Shown here piece by piece: positions 34,731 through 43,803 of a stretch of 64,000 nucleotides of DNA (positions are counted from its first letter, which is position 1; each line of letters opens with the position of its first letter). The stretch lies in NCBI RefSeq assembly GCF_007352635.1, contig NZ_VKLU01000005.1, positions 507,940 to 571,939 of the forward strand, in the 5' to 3' direction. Made by a program: the position numbers and the translations under genes. The DNA comes from Corallococcus sp. Z5C101001. Its GTDB lineage: Bacteria; Myxococcota; Myxococcia; Myxococcales; Myxococcaceae. The notes under the pieces were generated by a model. That model was given only the letters and a program-made list of their open reading frames with translations. It was not told where the DNA came from and did no database searches.

Positions 34731-36254
34731 ATGACACTCCCCAGCACGCGACATACGGTGGCCGCCGCCATGCGCCGCGCTCTCCTGTCCGCCAGCGTCT
34801 CCGTGCTGTTGACCGCCTGTGCCCACGCGCCCGCCACGCCGGAAGGCGGCCGGGGCGACACCCTGCCCGGCGTGGCGAAGGCGCTGCTGGAGACCCTGGA
34901 GGCGGACGGCGCGCTCGCGGGCGTGGCCGTGGTGGACGCGAGGACCGGCGAGCCGCTCTTCACCCACCGGCAGAACGTGCGGCTGTTGCCCGCGTCCACG
35001 ATGAAGGTGGTGTCCACGTCCGCCGCGCTGTCCGCGCTGGGGGCGGACTTCCGCTTCGTGACGCCCGTGTTCCTGGAGGGCTCGCAGACCGGGGGCCTGT
35101 TCCTGGGCGACGTGGTGGCGCAGGCCTCCGGCGACCCATCCCTGGGCTCGTGGCGCTTCCCGGAGACGGCGCTGGCCTGCGACCGCATCGCGGAGGCGTT
35201 CCAGGCGCGAGGCATCCACCAGTGGCGAGGCAGCGTGCGCATCGCCGGCACCGACGGGGTGGAGGGCGGGATGGGCCCCGGCTGGGCCTGGGACGACGCG
35301 GCGTATGCCTACAGCGCGGCGCCCACGCCCTTCGTCTTCCGCGAGAACGTGGTGGACCTGGCGCTGAGGCGCGCCCCCGGCGCCACGTGCGACGCCGCGC
35401 CCTCCCTCGAGTGGACCCCCACCTTCGCCCCCCTGGCCGCCGTGGTGCGCGTGGACGTCAACGCGGAGCGCGCGAACCTGGCCTGCGTGCGCGGCGGCGG
35501 CGGGGTGCGCTGCACGTGGCGCTCGCCCACGGGAGGCCCCTGCCCCCAGGCCGCCGCCGTGAAGCTGTCCGTGGACGCGCCCCAGGAGCTCTTCGCGGCG
35601 TGCGTGGATGACGCGCTGGCCCGGCGCGGGGTGACGCGGCTGCCCCTCTCGCTGGAGGCCCCGACCGCGCCCATGCCCCCCATCCCCATGCCGCTGGTGG
35701 AGCTGACCAGCCCGCCCCTGTCGGAGCTGGTGCGCGTGACGAACAAGGAGAGCCTCAACCTGTACGCGGAGCGGCTGGGCATGCGCTTCGCGCGCGAGCG
35801 CACGGGACAGGAAGGCTACGCCGCGCTCCGCACCGCCCTGGGCGCGGAGCTGCTGCGCCGGGGCGTGCCGGCCAAGGACCTGCGCCCGGTGGATGGCAGC
35901 GGCCTGTCCCGCTACAACCTGGCCACGCCCCGGGGCATGGCGCGGGTCATCTTCACGAGCCTCCAGGAGCCCTACGGCGCGGCGCTGGTGGACAGCCTGC
36001 CGCTGCTGGGCGTGGACGGGACCCTGGCGGGCCGGCCCACCACGCGGTCCACCGCGGGCCGCATCCGCGCGAAGACGGGGACGCTCACCGGCCAGAAGTG
36101 CTTCGTGGGCGTGGCCGAGCGGCCCCAGGACCCGGAGCACCCGCGCGTCGTCTTCGCCCTGATGCTGGGCAACATGGACGAGGGCACGAAGCCCTCCGCC
36201 AACGAGACCTTCGACACCTTCTCCACCGCCCTGGTGGAGCTGCCCCTGCGCTGA
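34731..36254 (+). CDS. D-alanyl-D-alanine carboxypeptidase/endopeptidase of the PBP4 (peptidase S13, DacB) family; lipoprotein
   Basis: Lipobox 'SVLLTACAHA'. Active-site 'LLPASTMKVVST' (SxxK) and an S13 domain layout. Divergent from the rdgC-like gene. Confidence 0.8.
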   Translation: MTLPSTRHTVAAAMRRALLSASVSVLLTACAHAPATPEGGRGDTLPGVAKALLETLEADGALAGVAVVDARTGEPLFTHRQNVRLLPASTMKVVSTSAALSALGADFRFVTPVFLEGSQTGGLFLGDVVAQASGDPSLGSWRFPETALACDRIAEAFQARGIHQWRGSVRIAGTDGVEGGMGPGWAWDDAAYAYSAAPTPFVFRENVVDLALRRAPGATCDAAPSLEWTPTFAPLAAVVRVDVNAERANLACVRGGGGVRCTWRSPTGGPCPQAAAVKLSVDAPQELFAACVDDALARRGVTRLPLSLEAPTAPMPPIPMPLVELTSPPLSELVRVTNKESLNLYAERLGMRFARERTGQEGYAALRTALGAELLRRGVPAKDLRPVDGSGLSRYNLATPRGMARVIFTSLQEPYGAALVDSLPLLGVDGTLAGRPTTRSTAGRIRAKTGTLTGQKCFVGVAERPQDPEHPRVVFALMLGNMDEGTKPSANETFDTFSTALVELPLR

Positions 36255-36290
36255 CCGTCAGCCAGGGCCCACCCGCATGCGAGGTGAACC

Positions 36291-38471
36291 ATGAAGCTCA
36301 GAACCGCCGTCACCACCGCCGTGCTGCTGTTGCCCCTGGTGTCCACGGCCGCGGGCAAGGCGCCCGCGAAGCCCGCCGCCGCGGAGAAGCAGCCCGTGGA
36401 GAGCACCTACCACGGCACCGCCGTGACGGACCCCTACCAGTGGATGGAGTCCGCCACCGACCCCAAGGTGCGGCAGTGGACCGACACGCAGAACGCCTAC
36501 ACCCGCGCGACGCTGGACAAGCTCCCCGGCCGCGAGCCGCTGCGCCAGCGCATCACCGAGCTGCTGTCGTGGAAGTCCGCCGCGTACGGCGGCCTGGATG
36601 AGCAGGGCGGCACGCTGCTGGCGCTGAAGTTCCAGCCGCCCAAGCAGCAGCCGACGCTGGTCGCCGTGGGCCAGGTGGACGACCTGTCGAAGGAGCGCGT
36701 GCTGGTGGACCCCACGCAGGTGGATGCGTCCGGCAAGACGACCATCGACTGGTTCCAGCTGTCGCACGACGGCAAGAAGGTCGCGGTGTCGATGTCGAAG
36801 GGCGGCACGGAGAGCGGCGACGTGTCCGTGTATGACGTGGCCACGGCGAAGGCGCTGCCCAACGAGCTGGTGCCGCGCGTCAACGGCGGCACGGCGGGCG
36901 GCAGCCTCGCGTGGAACGCGCAGGGCACGGGCTTCTTCTACACGCGCTATCCGCGCGGCGAGGAGCGCCCCCCCGTCGACCGCGAGGTGTACCAGCAGGT
37001 GTACTTCCACGCGCTGGGCACGCCCACGGAGAAGGACACGTACGAGCTGGGCAAGGACTTCCCGCGCATCGCGATGACCAACCTGGAGTCGAGCGACGAC
37101 GGCCAGTACACCTTCGCGCGCGTCGCCAACGGGGACGGCGGCGAGTTCGAGCTCTACCTGCACGGCCCCACGGGCACGTGGGCGCAGGTGGCGAAGTTCA
37201 CCGACAAGGTGGTGTCGGCGCGCTTCGGCGGTGACGGCGCGGCGTACCTGCTCAGCCGCAAGGACGCGCCGCGCGGCAAGGTGCTGCGCCTGCCCCTGGC
37301 CACGCCGACGCTGGACAAGGCGACGGTGCTGGTGCCGGAGAGCGAGGCGACGGTGCAGTCCATCCTGCCCACGCAGAGCCGCGTCTACCTGGTGGAGCAG
37401 CTGGGCGGTCCTTCCCAGCTGCGCATCGTGGACCTGACGGGCAAGGCGCAGGGGCTGGTGCCCACGCTGCCGGTGTCGTCGGTGGGCGGCGCGGTGCGAC
37501 AGGGCGCGGACGACCTGCTGTTCGTCAATGGCAGCTTCACCCAGCCGACCGCGTGGTTCCGCTACACGGCGAAGGACGGCAAGGTGACGAAGACGGCGCT
37601 GGCGCGCACGTCGCCCATCGACATGAGCGACGTGGAGGTGGTGCGCACGGAGGCCACGTCGAAGGACGGCACGAAGGTGCCGCTCTCCATCCTGAAGAAG
37701 AAGGGCACGAAGCTGAACGGCAACAACCCGGCGTGGCTGACGGGCTACGGCGGCTTCAACCTCGCCGTCACGCCGGGCTACAACGCGCTCGCGGGCATGT
37801 GGCTGGAGCAGGGCGGCGTGTTCGCGGTGGCGAACCTGCGCGGCGGCTCGGAGTTCGGTGAGGCCTGGCACCAGGGAGGTTCGCTGACGAACAAGCAGAA
37901 CGTGTTCGACGACTTCTACGCGTGCGCGAAGCTGCTGACGGACCAGAAGTACACGCAGCCGAAGAAGCTGGTCATCCAGGGCGGCAGCAACGGCGGCCTG
38001 CTGATGGGCGCGGCCGTGACGCAGCACCCGGAGCAGTACGGCGCCGTGGTGGCGCGCGTGGGCATCTACGACATGCTGCGCACGGAGCTGACGCCCAACG
38101 GCCAGTTCAACGTCACCGAGTACGGCTCGGTGAAGGACCCGGCGCAGTTCAAGGCGCTGTATGGCTATTCGCCGGTGCACCACGTGAAGGACGGGACGAA
38201 GTACCCGTCGGTGCTCTTCACGTCCGGGGCGAACGACCCGCGCGTGGATCCCTTCCACTCGCGCAAGATGGTGGCCCGGATGCAGGCGGCGACGGCGTCC
38301 CCGAAGCCCATCCTGCTGCGCGCCAACGCGGAGACGGGGCACGGCATGGGCACGCCGCTGTCCGCGCGCATCGAGGAGGAGGTGGACGTCTACTCCTTCG
38401 TCTTCAACGAGCTGGGCATGACGTACAAGCCCAACGCGACGAAGAAGGTCGCCGCCCCCGCCCCGCAGTAG
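36291..38471 (+). CDS. Secreted prolyl oligopeptidase (peptidase S9A)
   Basis: Signal peptide 'MKLRTAVTTAVLLLPLVSTAAG'. N-terminal beta-propeller. Catalytic 'LVIQGGSNGGLLMGAAV' (GGSNGG), 'ANDPRV' (Asp) and 'ETGHGMG' (His). Confidence 0.85.
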   Translation: MKLRTAVTTAVLLLPLVSTAAGKAPAKPAAAEKQPVESTYHGTAVTDPYQWMESATDPKVRQWTDTQNAYTRATLDKLPGREPLRQRITELLSWKSAAYGGLDEQGGTLLALKFQPPKQQPTLVAVGQVDDLSKERVLVDPTQVDASGKTTIDWFQLSHDGKKVAVSMSKGGTESGDVSVYDVATAKALPNELVPRVNGGTAGGSLAWNAQGTGFFYTRYPRGEERPPVDREVYQQVYFHALGTPTEKDTYELGKDFPRIAMTNLESSDDGQYTFARVANGDGGEFELYLHGPTGTWAQVAKFTDKVVSARFGGDGAAYLLSRKDAPRGKVLRLPLATPTLDKATVLVPESEATVQSILPTQSRVYLVEQLGGPSQLRIVDLTGKAQGLVPTLPVSSVGGAVRQGADDLLFVNGSFTQPTAWFRYTAKDGKVTKTALARTSPIDMSDVEVVRTEATSKDGTKVPLSILKKKGTKLNGNNPAWLTGYGGFNLAVTPGYNALAGMWLEQGGVFAVANLRGGSEFGEAWHQGGSLTNKQNVFDDFYACAKLLTDQKYTQPKKLVIQGGSNGGLLMGAAVTQHPEQYGAVVARVGIYDMLRTELTPNGQFNVTEYGSVKDPAQFKALYGYSPVHHVKDGTKYPSVLFTSGANDPRVDPFHSRKMVARMQAATASPKPILLRANAETGHGMGTPLSARIEEEVDVYSFVFNELGMTYKPNATKKVAAPAPQ

Positions 38472-38483
38472 CCCGCCTCCCCC

Positions 38484-38526
38484 CGCCCGTCTTCGGCCCC
38501 TGGGCGCTGGAGACGGGCGTTTCTTC
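38484..38526 (+). terminator. Rho-independent terminator after the prolyl oligopeptidase gene
   Basis: 9-bp GC stem 'cgcccgtct ... agacgggcg' followed by 'tttcttctcc'. Confidence 0.55.
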
Positions 38527-38555
38527 TCCCGCGTTTCGTGGCACCCTGGCGCCCC

Positions 38556-38990
38556 ATGAGCCCCCTCATCCCCTACTTCATCCTCTCGCCCGTGGTCGCC
38601 GGAGGCCTGGCCTGGTGGACGCTCACCCGCCTGGGCCGCAAGCGCAACGAGCGCGCGAAGGGCTCGCTGGACGCGGTGGTGACGCGGCTGCGCGGACAGA
38701 AGGCGGCCGGCACGGTGGACCTGTTCGTCCAGGACGTGTCGTGGTCCGGGGAGACGGAGCTGTCGCCGCAGAACTGCCGCGTCCGCGTCGTGATGGGCGG
38801 CCGGGACGCGGCGGGCATCCCGGCGCGCTTCGAGGTGGAGAGCGCCCCGGGAGCCCCCCGCCCGCCCACGGACGTGCTCGCGGCGCTGCGCGTGCTGGAT
38901 GCTCAGGCGATGGAGGCCCTGAAGTCCGGCGGCTGGAAGTGGCAGCGGCCCACGATTGGCTTCGAGCCAGCGGCGTCGCAAGTCCAGTGA
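38556..38990 (+). CDS. Hypothetical membrane-anchored protein
   Basis: 'MSPLIPYFILSPVVAGGLAWWTLT' is a transmembrane helix. No recognised domain. A GTG start at 38538 is also possible. Confidence 0.45.
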   Translation: MSPLIPYFILSPVVAGGLAWWTLTRLGRKRNERAKGSLDAVVTRLRGQKAAGTVDLFVQDVSWSGETELSPQNCRVRVVMGGRDAAGIPARFEVESAPGAPRPPTDVLAALRVLDAQAMEALKSGGWKWQRPTIGFEPAASQVQ

Positions 38991-39033
38991 CCGGGAAGCG
39001 GTCTCGGCGCACGGAGGGTCCGCGACGGGCTTG

Positions 39034-39056
39034 AGCCCCCGACGGTCACGGGGGCT
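39034..39056 (+). terminator. Candidate terminator hairpin (no U-tract)
   Basis: Inverted repeat 'agcccccg acggtca cgggggct' just after the stop at 38990. Confidence 0.3.
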
Positions 39057-39120
39057 GACCGGCGTCGTTCGCCACACTGGCGGGGGATTCCTGTGACGGG
39101 GTGACGCAACGGGTGCCAGC

Positions 39121-40215
39121 ATGCGCCGCATGTCCGTCCCCGCCCTGGATGCCCTCGATACGCCCGCCGCCCTCGTGGACCTGGACCGCGTGGAGCGGAA
39201 CCTCCAGCGCGTCGCGGACTACTCCCGCGAGCATGGCCTGCGCTGGCGGCCCCACACCAAGACCCACAAGACGGCGGAGCTCTGCGCGCTCCAGGTCGCG
39301 GCGGGGGCCTCGGGCGTCACGGTGGCCACCGTGCTGGAGGCGGAGGTGATGGCCTCCGTCTGTGATGACGTGCTGCTCGCGTATCCGCCGGTGGGCGCGC
39401 GCCGCCTCGCACGGCTCCTGGCCCTGCCCGCGCGCGTGCGGCTCACCGTGGCGCTCGACTCGCGCGAGGCGCTGGAGGGGCTGGCGCGCGCGGCCACGGA
39501 CGCGGGGCGCACCGTGGGCGTCCTCGTGGAGCTGGACCTGGGCATGCGCCGGGTCGGCCTGCGGACCCCCGACGAGGCCGTGGCCCTGGCGCGCATGGCG
39601 GCCTCCATGTCCGGCGTGACGTTTCGTGGCGTGACGTTCTACGCGGGCCACATCCGCGTCCCCCAGGCGGAGCTGGACGCCGCGATGCACGCCCAGTCCG
39701 AAGCGCTGACAGCGTTCGTGGAAGCCCTGCGCGGCGCGGGCCTCCCGCCCGAGGTGGTGAGCGGCGGCTCCACCCCCACCCTCTGGCAATCCCATACCGT
39801 GCGGGGGCTGACGGAGATCCGCCCCGGCCTCAACGTCTTCAACGACCGCAACAGCGCCGTCATTGGCGCTTGTGATGGGACGGAGTGGGCATACTCGGTC
39901 CTGGCCACCGTGGTGAGCACCGCCGTGCCCGGGCAGGTGGTCATCGACGCGGGGGCCAAGGCGCTCGCGAAGGAGGAAGGCCTGGCGCCGGGCTATGGCG
40001 TCCTGCTCGACCGGCCGGAGGTCGTGGTGAAGAGCCTGTCGGAGGAGCACGGGCTGCTGGACGTGTCCGCCACGACATGGCGCCCCCGCATCGGCGAGCG
40101 CGTGCGCGTGGTGCCCAACCATGTCTGTGTTTCGGTCCCCCTGCACTCACGGCTGCATGTCATTCGCGGCGATGCGAGCCTGGCGACGTGGGAGGTCGCC
40201 GCGCGAGGTTGGTGA
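39121..40215 (+). CDS. PLP-dependent D-serine deaminase-like / D-threonine aldolase-like enzyme (alanine-racemase N-terminal fold, fold-type III)
   Basis: 'ALVDLDRVERNLQRVADY...RPHTKTHKTAE' carries the PLP lysine in a HxKTxK-type motif; a C-terminal 'D-serine dehydratase-like' beta domain follows. Confidence 0.7.
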   Translation: MRRMSVPALDALDTPAALVDLDRVERNLQRVADYSREHGLRWRPHTKTHKTAELCALQVAAGASGVTVATVLEAEVMASVCDDVLLAYPPVGARRLARLLALPARVRLTVALDSREALEGLARAATDAGRTVGVLVELDLGMRRVGLRTPDEAVALARMAASMSGVTFRGVTFYAGHIRVPQAELDAAMHAQSEALTAFVEALRGAGLPPEVVSGGSTPTLWQSHTVRGLTEIRPGLNVFNDRNSAVIGACDGTEWAYSVLATVVSTAVPGQVVIDAGAKALAKEEGLAPGYGVLLDRPEVVVKSLSEEHGLLDVSATTWRPRIGERVRVVPNHVCVSVPLHSRLHVIRGDASLATWEVAARGW

Positions 40216-40223
40216 GACACGGC

Positions 40224-41219
40224 TCAGAGGATGCGCTTCAGCTCCTCGGACAGCACCTCCTCCAGGTGCCGGATGCTGCGGTAGACCAGACACCGGTAGC
40301 TGGAAACATCGAAGCGCAGCTCGCGCACGTCTCGCACGAGCATCAGGGTGGGCTTCCCGCGTCCCCAGGCATAGCCCACCTCCAGGTACACATTGGGGTT
40401 CGCCAGCGACAGGTCCGCGATGACGACCTTCGCGGTGTCGATGCGGTCGCGGATGCGCTGGATGATGGGGCCGTCGAAGGTGGCCTGATCCACGCGCTCG
40501 CACAGCAGGCCCGCGGCCTTCACGGGGCCCAGGATGCCGTAGTGGTACGTGTCCTCCAGCTCCGGCGCGAAAGGCATGGCCACGAAGGCATGCGGCTTCT
40601 CATTCGAGTTCGCGCCCGCGCTGGCCATCGGCGGCGCCTGGACGAAGCGGGACGTCCGCCGGACGCGGAAGCCCGTGATGCCCGGGAGCGGCTCCACGCC
40701 CGCGGTGGCCCCCAGGCCCAGCGCGATGGCGTGGCGCAGGCGCTCCATCCGCTTGGGGTTCAACTCCACGACCGTGATGCGCTCCAGGTCGCGAGGACCG
40801 CTGCCGCGCTGGAACGCGTCCACGAAGCCGCCCACCAGGGCCAGCACGGCCTCGTCCTCGTCGAGCCCGTAGTTGGGGCCGTGCACGGTGCACGCGAGGT
40901 GCCGCACGGAGTGCCGGGGCTCCAGCAGCTGGAGCGCGCGGACCGCGAACTGGCGGATCTCATGGTAGCCGAACTGCCGCAGGCGCACCGTGCCCAGGAA
41001 GAGCACCACCGGAGCCCCCAGGCCGCCGCGCGTCTCGACGAAGCGGTGGTCCCCAGGAAGGAGGGAGAGGGACTCCGCGGCGATGCCCGCCGACTCCAGC
41101 CGGCGCGCCACCGCCCCGTCCGCCCCATGGAAGCCCTGCGCGTACTTCAGCAGCACGGCGTCCGCGGCGGTCTCCGCCACGTCTCCCAGGTCCACGACGA
41201 CGTCCAGCGTGTCTCCCAT
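40224..41219 (-). CDS. Two-domain protein with C-terminal nucleoside-2-deoxyribosyltransferase-like / SLOG (TIR-like) Rossmannoid domain
   Basis: C-terminal 'HAFVAMPFAPELEDTYHYGILGPVKAAGLLCERVD...IIQRIRDRIDTAKVVIADLSLANPNVYLEVGYAWGRGKPTLMLV' has the hallmark layout of NDT/SLOG domains (MPF...E-G-A-G-GKP). The N-terminal ~165 aa are unassigned. This call is pattern-based. Confidence 0.5.
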   Translation of the reverse strand: MGDTLDVVVDLGDVAETAADAVLLKYAQGFHGADGAVARRLESAGIAAESLSLLPGDHRFVETRGGLGAPVVLFLGTVRLRQFGYHEIRQFAVRALQLLEPRHSVRHLACTVHGPNYGLDEDEAVLALVGGFVDAFQRGSGPRDLERITVVELNPKRMERLRHAIALGLGATAGVEPLPGITGFRVRRTSRFVQAPPMASAGANSNEKPHAFVAMPFAPELEDTYHYGILGPVKAAGLLCERVDQATFDGPIIQRIRDRIDTAKVVIADLSLANPNVYLEVGYAWGRGKPTLMLVRDVRELRFDVSSYRCLVYRSIRHLEEVLSEELKRIL

Positions 41220-41441
41220 GAGTCCGGGACTGTAGAGCGCCCCGAAGCGCCCGCGCCATCCCCGTGGTCCCGAAGGACCTCCCGGGGGTGCGGCCCCCCC
41301 TGAAACACAAACACCCGCAATCCCTGCTCAGCCGGCCTTGACAGGGATTGCGCGCACCCGGCTGTCTTTCAACCCGGCCCCCTGCCCACTGTGAAGCGCT
41401 TCACAGTTTCCACCCCGGCGCCCCGCTAGCATTCGGGCACC

Positions 41442-42332
41442 ATGTCCCTGTTCGCGCGCCTGCAGGCCCTGCTGTCCGCACACCCGTCCGCCCCGGCCAC
41501 CGGCGCCGGGCAGGCGTCCGCGGCACCGTCCACGGCGGCGGAGGCATCCCAGGTGGACGCGGAGACGCCCCCGGCACCGCCTCCGGTCTGCACCCGCTAC
41601 CTGTCCGCGGGGCAGGTGGTGGTGCGGGAGGGCGACCCGGGCCACTCGATGTTCGTCGTGCTGGAGGGCCGCGTCGCGGTGCTCCACGGCGGCGCCCCTG
41701 GCGCGAACACGGAGGTTGGCCGCCTGGGGGCCGGCGAGTTCTTCGGAGAGCTGGCGCTGCTCACCGGCACGAAGCGCACCGCCACCGTGGTGACGGTGGA
41801 GGACGTGGTGCTGCTGGAGCTGACCCTGGCGGGGGTCCGGGAGCTGGGCCGCGACTACGGCGTGAAGGGCGACCAGATGCAGGTCGCCGCCCGGGAGCGG
41901 CTGCTGGCGGACGCGCTGCGCAGCAACCCGCTCATCGCCGCGCTGCCTCCGGACGTGCAGCACGACCTGGGGGACGCCTTCGTCCCCTGCACCGTCCCCG
42001 CGGGCGAGACGCTGCTCACCCGGGGCCAGCCGGGCGACGCGCTCTACGTCCTGCTCCGCGGCCAGTGCGAGGTGTTCCACACGCACGGCGATGGCCGCCA
42101 GTCGCCCTACCCCCCGCTGGAGGAAGGCGCCCTGTTCGGGGAGATCTCCCTGCTTCGCAGCCGGCTGGCCACCGCCACCGTGCGCGCGGTGACCCCGTGC
42201 ACGCTGCTCAAGCTGGAGCGCGACGTGTTCAAGAAGGTGTTCCTGGCCCAGCCCGACCTGCGCGGCGCCCTGGTGCGCCTGGGCCTGGAGCGGCTCAAGC
42301 ACACGATGGAGGTCATGGGCGAGCCGAAGTAG
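41442..42332 (+). CDS. Protein with two cyclic-nucleotide-binding (cNMP/CAP-effector) domains and no output domain
   Basis: 'GEFFGELALLTGTKRTATVVTVEDVVLLEL' and 'GALFGEISLLRSRLATATVRAVTPCTLLKL' are two phosphate-binding cassettes (FGE...R.AT). The N-terminus is Ala/Pro-rich. Confidence 0.8.
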   Translation: MSLFARLQALLSAHPSAPATGAGQASAAPSTAAEASQVDAETPPAPPPVCTRYLSAGQVVVREGDPGHSMFVVLEGRVAVLHGGAPGANTEVGRLGAGEFFGELALLTGTKRTATVVTVEDVVLLELTLAGVRELGRDYGVKGDQMQVAARERLLADALRSNPLIAALPPDVQHDLGDAFVPCTVPAGETLLTRGQPGDALYVLLRGQCEVFHTHGDGRQSPYPPLEEGALFGEISLLRSRLATATVRAVTPCTLLKLERDVFKKVFLAQPDLRGALVRLGLERLKHTMEVMGEPK

Positions 42333-42345
42333 CCCGCCGCCCGGC

Positions 42346-42927
42346 TCAGCCGTGGAGCGTCTCCCCGGCCTCCAGCATGGCGACGAACTTCTCCAGCCGG
42401 CGCGTGCGCGTCTCCGGCTTCTTCGCATCATGGAGCTGGTAGAGGATGGCGTAGCGGTTGGCGCTCTTGAGCGTCGCGAAGAACGCCTTCGCCTGCGGGT
42501 TCGCCTCCAGCGCGCGCAGCAGGTCCTCCGGAACCTGGATGGTCTTCGCACCCGAGTAGGCCGCCTCCCAGCGACCATCCGCCCGGGCCGCCTCCACCTC
42601 GCGCAGGCCCGCGGCCTTCATCCGCCCCGCCGCCACCAGGGCCTCCACCTTGCCGACGTTGATCTTCGACCACTTGCTGCGGGGCCCCCGGGGCGTGAAG
42701 CGCTGCAGCCAGTACTCGGCGTCGAACGCGCCCTTCTGGCCGTCAATCCACCCGTAGCAGAGCGCCACGTCCAGCGCCTGGGGATAGGTCACGGACGCGA
42801 TGCCGGACTCCCCCTTCGCGAGCTTCATCCACACGCCCGGCGAGTCGGCGTGGTGCGCTGCCAGCCACTTCTCCCACGCCTTCTCCGACGCGAACGGCAC
42901 GACGGGCAGTTCTTGCTTCACCTTCAT
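42346..42927 (-). CDS. YdeI/OmpD-associated family protein (DUF1801-like)
   Basis: 'PGVWMKLAKGESGIASVTYPQALDVALCYGWIDG' and the C-terminal 'ANRYAILYQLHDAKKPETRTRRLEKFVAMLEAGE' match the YdeI family as I recall it. Confidence 0.6.
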   Translation of the reverse strand: MKVKQELPVVPFASEKAWEKWLAAHHADSPGVWMKLAKGESGIASVTYPQALDVALCYGWIDGQKGAFDAEYWLQRFTPRGPRSKWSKINVGKVEALVAAGRMKAAGLREVEAARADGRWEAAYSGAKTIQVPEDLLRALEANPQAKAFFATLKSANRYAILYQLHDAKKPETRTRRLEKFVAMLEAGETLHG

Positions 42928-43038
42928 TCCCAGGCACCTCACCCATCCGCCGCGTGCTTCGGCGGAGTTCACGACACTCCCACGGCCAGAATCCGTCCAT
43001 CAGTCTACCTGCGGAAGGCGGCCGGCGCGGAAGCGGTT

Positions 43039-43794
43039 ATGAAACACGCCATGGCCGATTCCACCTCCCGCCCACCGAACGCCGTGCCGCCCTCGCTCGC
43101 CCGCGTGGCCTTCCACGCCGTGGCGGCCGGGCTCACCCCGCTCATCCCCGTGCCCTTCCTGGACGACTACGCCCTGCGCCAGGTGCGCGAGCAGTCCGTG
43201 CGCGACCAGCTGAAGGAGCGGGGCCTCAAGGCCCCCGACAAGGCCGTGCAGTTGCTGGCCGGCTCGTACGAGGCGCGCGACCTGGGGGGGCGACTCGTGT
43301 CCTACCTGAAGGCCGTGGCCCTCTTCCCGGTGCGCAAGGTGTTCCGCAAGGTCTTCATCGTGCTCTGGGTGAAGGACTGCGTGGACCTGACGTCCACGTG
43401 CCTGCACCACGGCTACCTGCTGCACCACGCGCTGGAGCGCGGCGACCTGGACGCCGCGTCCCTCCAGGGGGACGGCCCCCGGACGGTGCAGGCCGCCATC
43501 GTCGCCGCCTGCGCGCTGATGGATGCGCGCCCCATCAACCAGGCCCTGCGCCGCCTCTTCCGGAGCAGCCGGCTGCTGATGGCGGAGGCCACCCGCGCCT
43601 TCATGCAGCCCGAACCCACCCCGCGCGTGCCCGACCGAGAGGACGAGAGCGCGGAGGTGCGGTCCCTCACCGACCGCCTCCTGGAGGAGCTGTGGGAGGA
43701 GCGCGGCTACTTCACCGCGCTCCAGGAGCACTACGTCCGCCACCTTCAGGTCGCCACGGCGCCGGCCACGCCCCAGGCCGCCACGGGGACTTGA
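43039..43794 (+). CDS. Hypothetical protein
   Basis: 251-aa ORF with a plausible start after the convergent upstream gene. No recognised domain. Confidence 0.4.
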   Translation: MKHAMADSTSRPPNAVPPSLARVAFHAVAAGLTPLIPVPFLDDYALRQVREQSVRDQLKERGLKAPDKAVQLLAGSYEARDLGGRLVSYLKAVALFPVRKVFRKVFIVLWVKDCVDLTSTCLHHGYLLHHALERGDLDAASLQGDGPRTVQAAIVAACALMDARPINQALRRLFRSSRLLMAEATRAFMQPEPTPRVPDREDESAEVRSLTDRLLEELWEERGYFTALQEHYVRHLQVATAPATPQAATGT

Positions 43795-43803
43795 AGCCAG
43801 ACA

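Noticed and set aside
39034-39056. Hairpin after the small hypothetical gene as a terminator
   Set aside because: Kept only as a low-confidence feature: it is a stem-loop without a U-tract and could equally be a chance GC palindrome.
36258-39131. 957-aa minus-strand ORF opposite the prolyl oligopeptidase gene; also 46878..49193 (-, 771 aa), 48610..50112 (-), 50149..51618 (-)
   Set aside because: Mirror-frame artifacts opposite genes with strong family signatures (S9A peptidase, RDD/SpoIIM, DivIVA, HExxH peptidase).
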